DNA of 64,000 bases from positions 1 to 64,000 of the IMG/VR virus record IMGVR_UViG_3300037110_000087. One strand, 5' to 3'. The translations under genes and the position numbers were made by a program. The notes under the pieces are model-generated. The model did no database searches, was not told the DNA's origin, and worked only from the letters and a program-made list of their open reading frames with translations. This document shows positions 59,215 to 64,000 of this stretch, piece by piece; within the stretch, counting starts at the first letter, position 1, and each line of letters begins with the position of its first letter.

Positions 59215-60162
59215 ATGGAACGCAAGTTTAAATCCATTCCGAGATCAACCAATGAACAAAGGACCCAAGATCCAGTTCAGAATGAGTCTAATCTTGTATC
59301 CCAGCTGATGATCGAAGTACTAGATTGGTTCTTTAGTACTAAGGGAAAACATAGAAATGATTTTGTGAGTAGAGCGAAGTTTGCTGACAACTACGCCACT
59401 GATCCCTCTGATGACCTTGATCACCAGAAGGTAACAATCCAGCCAATTTCAACTTGGCAATACCGTAAGAATCCCTCCATCACAATCCAGACGGGGAGCA
59501 CTAAAGGCCACAGAACAGGACTGGGGATAGCTATTGAACATACTAAGGCATCTAATGATCTCAGTTTCCTGGCTCAGAGAACCCTCAATACCATTAATAT
59601 CAAATTACTGATTGAGTCATCTTCCGAACAGACTACTAATGCCATGACCAAGCTAGTCACGGATATCTTTTTTGTGCACATTCCAAGATTCTACCAGAAC
59701 GTCCTCATGATGGATCTAGGTAAGACTCAGATTATCTTCCCCAAGGATTATGAACAATCTGAAACTCTTGAGAGAGCCTACAATCAGGAATCAAACGTTG
59801 AGAGATTGTTCAGTTCTAGTATGTCCTTTAATATAGAATATGAATCAGTGAATTTCATCGAGGGGTTTGCCGGAATTGGGGTTGTTAATAGAAAAGGAAA
59901 AGCTATTATTGATTCAGATGCTCCAGAAATCTTCTCTCTGGGGAAACCTCTTGTTTTCACTATCAAAACTAATGTAGGCCCAATCAAAGTGTATGCCACT
60001 AGTTCTGGGATGATTCATCTTGAGCAAGTAGAAGGTGATAATCCAATGAATACTAACAGAATCTATAGGGCCACACCTCTACAGGTAGGGAAGGTGTCCT
60101 TCCAATACGTCGATAAGCATGGAAAGGTTAGACTCACTACGGATCATAATGTGGTGTTTTAA
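59215..60162 (+). CDS. putative virion (neck/tail-completion-like) protein
   Basis: 315 aa in the structural block; the function call rests on context only. Confidence 0.4.
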   Translation: MERKFKSIPRSTNEQRTQDPVQNESNLVSQLMIEVLDWFFSTKGKHRNDFVSRAKFADNYATDPSDDLDHQKVTIQPISTWQYRKNPSITIQTGSTKGHRTGLGIAIEHTKASNDLSFLAQRTLNTINIKLLIESSSEQTTNAMTKLVTDIFFVHIPRFYQNVLMMDLGKTQIIFPKDYEQSETLERAYNQESNVERLFSSSMSFNIEYESVNFIEGFAGIGVVNRKGKAIIDSDAPEIFSLGKPLVFTIKTNVGPIKVYATSSGMIHLEQVEGDNPMNTNRIYRATPLQVGKVSFQYVDKHGKVRLTTDHNVVF

Positions 60163-60455
60163 TGAATGGTTACAAGACCAGACATATTTATCAAACCTCA
60201 AAAGAGGGTAAAAGAAAAGCGATAGAGAACTTAGAGTACGCGCTGTCTTTAGAGAATAGACATCCCTGGTTTGTTAGTATTGCGCAGAGAACCGGTTATG
60301 ATGTGAAATTCTCGAACTGGGTTCTACAGACTACGAAAGAAGAAATTTTATTCTGCATCAAACACGCTTCTAGAGAGATCATGTTCTATGAGATGCCCTT
60401 GGATGAGATTGACCCAACTGGTGTAGATAGGGTGAATGAGGGTTATCTCGTTTAA
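60162..60455 (+). CDS. hypothetical protein
   Basis: 97-aa ORF. Confidence 0.65.
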   Translation: MNGYKTRHIYQTSKEGKRKAIENLEYALSLENRHPWFVSIAQRTGYDVKFSNWVLQTTKEEILFCIKHASREIMFYEMPLDEIDPTGVDRVNEGYLV

Positions 60456-60488
60456 CAGAATGATAAGATAAATTTAGAGGATCCATAA

Positions 60489-63400
60489 ATGTCATTGTTC
60501 TCTTACCCTTTGCCCAATATCAGTACCGGTGCGTCCAAGTATTTCAATCCAGGGTCATTATATCCCCAAGATCTCAATGGTGCACAAGATATTCAGATTG
60601 CAAACTTGGCAAACTTGGCATCCAATCAGACTGTTTCCGGGATTGTGTCTACTTATAACCCAAACTTGAATGGGACACCCCTTTCAGTAACTATCTCCAC
60701 TGGTAATATCTTCACTGTCCTTAATGGGACCGCAATCTTCCAGGATGGAGTCTCCTTTTATCTTTCTACTCCTTCTGTTTTCACCGTTCCAGTACCCGCT
60801 AATCAAGATTCCAGCTATGTATTGATTCTAAAGAAAACTAAGGCAGTCACGGCTACCAGATATAATCCTGTCTCGGAGAGTGTGGAGCCGACTGAGTATG
60901 GTTGGGTCTTTGAGTTTGATCTTGAGATGGCCAGCCAATATCTTCTCCTGATCGCAATGGATCCAGTTGATTATATTTTACTAGCTCAGGTAGTGTGTGA
61001 TATCACAGGGACAATTCTTTCTCTGTACCCTTCCCCTAATACTGCTTTCCTACGTCCATGGTTCACCTCACTGGATCAGTCCCACAGGGGAATGATAGGT
61101 AGTGGTGTGGTATCTCAAATCAATCCACATGGAATGAGCATCAATGATCTTGATTCCCTTCCTGGTTTGTCTTTCTGGGAACAGCAGGACATGATTGGTG
61201 TCATCTCGACTATCCCAGACGCAGGAGTCTTCCAGTCTATTATCCAGACCTACGTCCCGATGAATGAATTGACCCCAGTCCTGGCTGATCTCAGTGCGAC
61301 CACTATGGAATATATTCTGCCTAATGGTGCAGCGCATGTTCTTGGTGTGCGGGATTCTTCTACCAACACCCCTGCTAATTTCGCTTATGAGAGGAGTACT
61401 AAGAAGGTAACCATCTACTTTGGTACACTCCCTTCTACTGGCGTTTATATTTACAATCTCGGGATCCAGGCTGGAACCGTCACTACTACAAATGGAAGTG
61501 GACCTCTAAATATTGCGCAGAATTTAACCGGTGAATTCATTGTCACCCCTGGGGGTGTGATTCAGGAATTGTCCACTACCACTATGGATATCTCCGTGCT
61601 GGGTGGAGCTTCCGGGACCTATTCGATCTGGGTTGACAATTTGGGCAATCCTTATATTGATCCCCTGCCTCTTCTTAGGACTTCTGTATTCAATCTGCAG
61701 AATACTGCTTTCTCTACCCTGTATCTGCCCACTGCCTCTGCCTTGAATATTGCTCTGACGGACTTCGTTGTTCCCGTCGCCTCATCGACCTTTAGCGTCC
61801 AGTTAGAAGTCACTGGTATGCTCAATTCCAATTATGTCACTGATATCTTTACTATCATGGATGCAGCGACTTACCTTTCCTCTTCGAATAAGCCACCCAA
61901 TACTCTAGTTATTAATCTCCCTGGCATCGACTTAACTGGTAATTATGGGACTGATTACGTGGGAAATGGCCAGTGGGCCATCCTCCCCCTAGGTTCTACC
62001 TATGTACCACAGCAATACACTTCCATCACCAATATTCAAGTAGTGACGATGACCAACAACCTCCCAGTCACTATGGGAGTGATTATCACCTGTGAGAACG
62101 ACAACACCCTATCGGCTCCTCTAGCTAATGTAAATGTTTCCAAATCCGGGAACATTGAAGCCATTTATGATATGAGAGAACAGAGAATTCTGTTCGAGAA
62201 AGAATCCAGTGATATCATTTATGAGGACTTCCATAATCCTCTTAATTTCGACCCAATTGAATCAAAATTTTCTGGTCGTGGACTAGAGAATGGAACCTGG
62301 ATGAGTAGACCTTTCAAACTAGCTGCGGGAACTTATAGAATCGTCCTTTCTTTCGATGCTTATGATAATAATAGGCCACCTCAGTTCTATAATAACTTCT
62401 TCACTTATGATATCACAAATACCCTGCATCAAAACCCTCAAACAGTAACTGGGGTCATTGGTGATGTTTACTTCGTTGAAATTGGTACCTTTTCAACTGA
62501 TCCCGCTGGAGACTTAAACACCACTAGATTGATACTTCAGTGGGGAGATAATAACGCTTGGGTGATTCAGTCAGATATCAGTGGTAATAATTTCAGCTGG
62601 TCTAATGGAATCGGAGCACCTGCTATTGGAATCACTTCAGGTGTCTATTACTTGGATACCGCCAATGTCAATTATTGGACTTTCAACAATGGAGCTTGGG
62701 TAGAGATCTATAATTCAGCTACCGACAATGTGATTGATTCCTGTCGTGTGGGATATCGTGAGAATTTCTCTTCTCTTTCCCAGTTCAATCAAGAGGTCAC
62801 AGCCGGATCCTATCAGTTGGGACCCACTAAACGAATTTACAGTTTCACCCTTACCCCGCAGGATGTTAATACTAATCTGCCTATTCCTGCTGATTGGTAC
62901 CAATTTGTGGTATTAGTGCAGGGTGGTACCAGAGTTAGTGGTCTTTGGTTTGATACTAGTGTAGATGAAACAGCTATGCTAGCCGATTTGTCCTTATTGA
63001 AGAGCCAAATGGCCTTATTATCCAAACAGCAAGGGCCGGTGGGACCTCAGGGGCCGGTGGGTCCCGAAGGACCGGCAGGAGTGGGGCCAGCGGGGCCAGC
63101 GGGGCCAGCGGGGCCAGCGGGAACACCTGGAGATACAGGACCGGCAGGACCGGCAGGAGCACCAGGGCCAACCGGCGCGACCGGAGCAACGGGCGCAACG
63201 GGCGCGACCGGAGCAACGGGCGCAACGGGCGCTAATGCTGTCCCTTCTAGTCCCTGGTTGGCAGGTACTCTCGGACCTACTGCTGGATATTTCCCATTGA
63301 GCGTCAACGCTCTTGCTAGCTCCAATTTCCCTGATTTCTTCACCATTGGCACACAGACACTAACCGCGCTTCAACCCTGCACGGTCATGGTTAACTATCA

Positions 63401-63662
63401 ATGCGGAGTATACGGTGCAAACAACAGTTATGGCACAACTGCGTCGGTCCTCATTAATGGAACAGCTAGCCCCTTCGATAGTCAAGCGTATGCACTGTAT
63501 GGTCAGGACTTTGGTGAATCAAATATCTGGTCTAATACTCAGGTTATAATTCCTTGCGCCCAGGGTACAGTTTTAGCCTTCAAACAAGTGAATGCTTTTA
63601 GCCCATCGTACAATTTGGGACAGCGCATCAACATTGTTATTTTGAGTTCGTCCGCAAGTTAA
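60489..63662 (+). CDS. large virion structural protein with collagen-like segment
   Basis: 1057 aa, GXY repeat near the C-terminus followed by a globular tip. Confidence 0.7.
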   Translation: MSLFSYPLPNISTGASKYFNPGSLYPQDLNGAQDIQIANLANLASNQTVSGIVSTYNPNLNGTPLSVTISTGNIFTVLNGTAIFQDGVSFYLSTPSVFTVPVPANQDSSYVLILKKTKAVTATRYNPVSESVEPTEYGWVFEFDLEMASQYLLLIAMDPVDYILLAQVVCDITGTILSLYPSPNTAFLRPWFTSLDQSHRGMIGSGVVSQINPHGMSINDLDSLPGLSFWEQQDMIGVISTIPDAGVFQSIIQTYVPMNELTPVLADLSATTMEYILPNGAAHVLGVRDSSTNTPANFAYERSTKKVTIYFGTLPSTGVYIYNLGIQAGTVTTTNGSGPLNIAQNLTGEFIVTPGGVIQELSTTTMDISVLGGASGTYSIWVDNLGNPYIDPLPLLRTSVFNLQNTAFSTLYLPTASALNIALTDFVVPVASSTFSVQLEVTGMLNSNYVTDIFTIMDAATYLSSSNKPPNTLVINLPGIDLTGNYGTDYVGNGQWAILPLGSTYVPQQYTSITNIQVVTMTNNLPVTMGVIITCENDNTLSAPLANVNVSKSGNIEAIYDMREQRILFEKESSDIIYEDFHNPLNFDPIESKFSGRGLENGTWMSRPFKLAAGTYRIVLSFDAYDNNRPPQFYNNFFTYDITNTLHQNPQTVTGVIGDVYFVEIGTFSTDPAGDLNTTRLILQWGDNNAWVIQSDISGNNFSWSNGIGAPAIGITSGVYYLDTANVNYWTFNNGAWVEIYNSATDNVIDSCRVGYRENFSSLSQFNQEVTAGSYQLGPTKRIYSFTLTPQDVNTNLPIPADWYQFVVLVQGGTRVSGLWFDTSVDETAMLADLSLLKSQMALLSKQQGPVGPQGPVGPEGPAGVGPAGPAGPAGPAGTPGDTGPAGPAGAPGPTGATGATGATGATGATGATGANAVPSSPWLAGTLGPTAGYFPLSVNALASSNFPDFFTIGTQTLTALQPCTVMVNYQCGVYGANNSYGTTASVLINGTASPFDSQAYALYGQDFGESNIWSNTQVIIPCAQGTVLAFKQVNAFSPSYNLGQRINIVILSSSAS
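63033..63236 (+). repeat. collagen-like Gly-X-Y repeat (22 triplets, one GV interruption)
   Basis: GPVGPQGPV...GATGATGAN; includes a 27-nt tandem duplication. Confidence 0.95.
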
Positions 63663-63671
63663 TGCTATACT
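63663..63671 (+). promoter_or_regulatory. extended -10 element (TGcTATACT)
   Basis: Upstream of the AAGGAG RBS and ATG 63690. Confidence 0.5.
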
Positions 63672-63689
63672 AATAAAAGGAGTCCCATT

Positions 63690-64000
63690 ATGCTTATTAA
63701 ATGCTGGTCAGAAGTCAACGAGGGAGTAAACCTAGCTCATATTTCCATTGATAATTTCTCTGGATCCGAGAAGACCCAGGCTGGTCAATTTGGGTCCATT
63801 CAGTTTAATCTTGGTGGTGTCTTTGCAGGTAGTATCGGGACTAGTGATAGTGATCCTAACCCTATCGTTGTCAATTTCGCCGTTGCTCCAATCCAGGCTG
63901 TAATTGATCCGAATGGAGAGGGCTACACTTACGATCGTACTTTCACTGTTTCTCCTGAAACTCCAGTCCCTGGAGCCGCAGCTACCTGTTTCTGTCAGGT
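63690..64000 (+). CDS. 5' part of a probable structural protein (runs off the window)
   Basis: MLIKCWSEVNEGVNLAHISIDNFSG..., open to position 64000. Confidence 0.65.
   Translation, partial: MLIKCWSEVNEGVNLAHISIDNFSGSEKTQAGQFGSIQFNLGGVFAGSIGTSDSDPNPIVVNFAVAPIQAVIDPNGEGYTYDRTFTVSPETPVPGAAATCFCQ

Noticed and set aside
269-63352. Numerous antisense or alternative-frame ORFs in the track (e.g. 269..844, 5044..5526, 19398..19811, 37815..38414, 63047..63352)
   Set aside because: They are shadows of better-supported genes, favoured by GC-rich or repetitive codons, with no RBS or motifs.
1-64000. tRNA, rRNA, CRISPR array, DGR or retron, intron or intein
   Set aside because: No cloverleaf or spaced direct repeats were seen in the short intergenic gaps. 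No reverse-transcriptase motifs were found. Polymerase, helicase and topoisomerase lengths leave no room for inteins. Small structured RNAs could be missed by eye.

Overview
Gene-dense, mostly AT-rich window that looks like part of a large (jumbo-type) tailed-phage genome. It contains no host housekeeping operons, rRNA, tRNA or CRISPR array, and no capsid, terminase or portal gene that I could recognise. It encodes a bacterial-style replisome spread across the window: DnaB-like helicase, beta-clamp-like protein, DnaX-like clamp loader, family A polymerase fused to a UDG-like domain, stand-alone 5'-3' exonuclease, an AEP-like protein, an SF2 helicase, and GyrB/ParE-like and GyrA/ParC-like topoisomerase subunits. 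Virion fibre and baseplate-like genes, a free-standing endonuclease, NAD+/ADP-ribose enzymes (2 ART-like, NADAR, 2 NUDIX), two cysteine hydrolases, an amidoligase, an RlmN-like radical SAM enzyme and many hypothetical proteins are also present. The strongest unexplained signal is that eight unrelated, dispersed proteins start with the same 9-residue motif, M-[KR]-L-x-L-x-A-x-[VIL], encoded by varied codons. This is a candidate protein-targeting (probably capsid-packaging) tag on a cargo set that includes both ART-like proteins. All product calls come from motif recognition by eye, not database searches.
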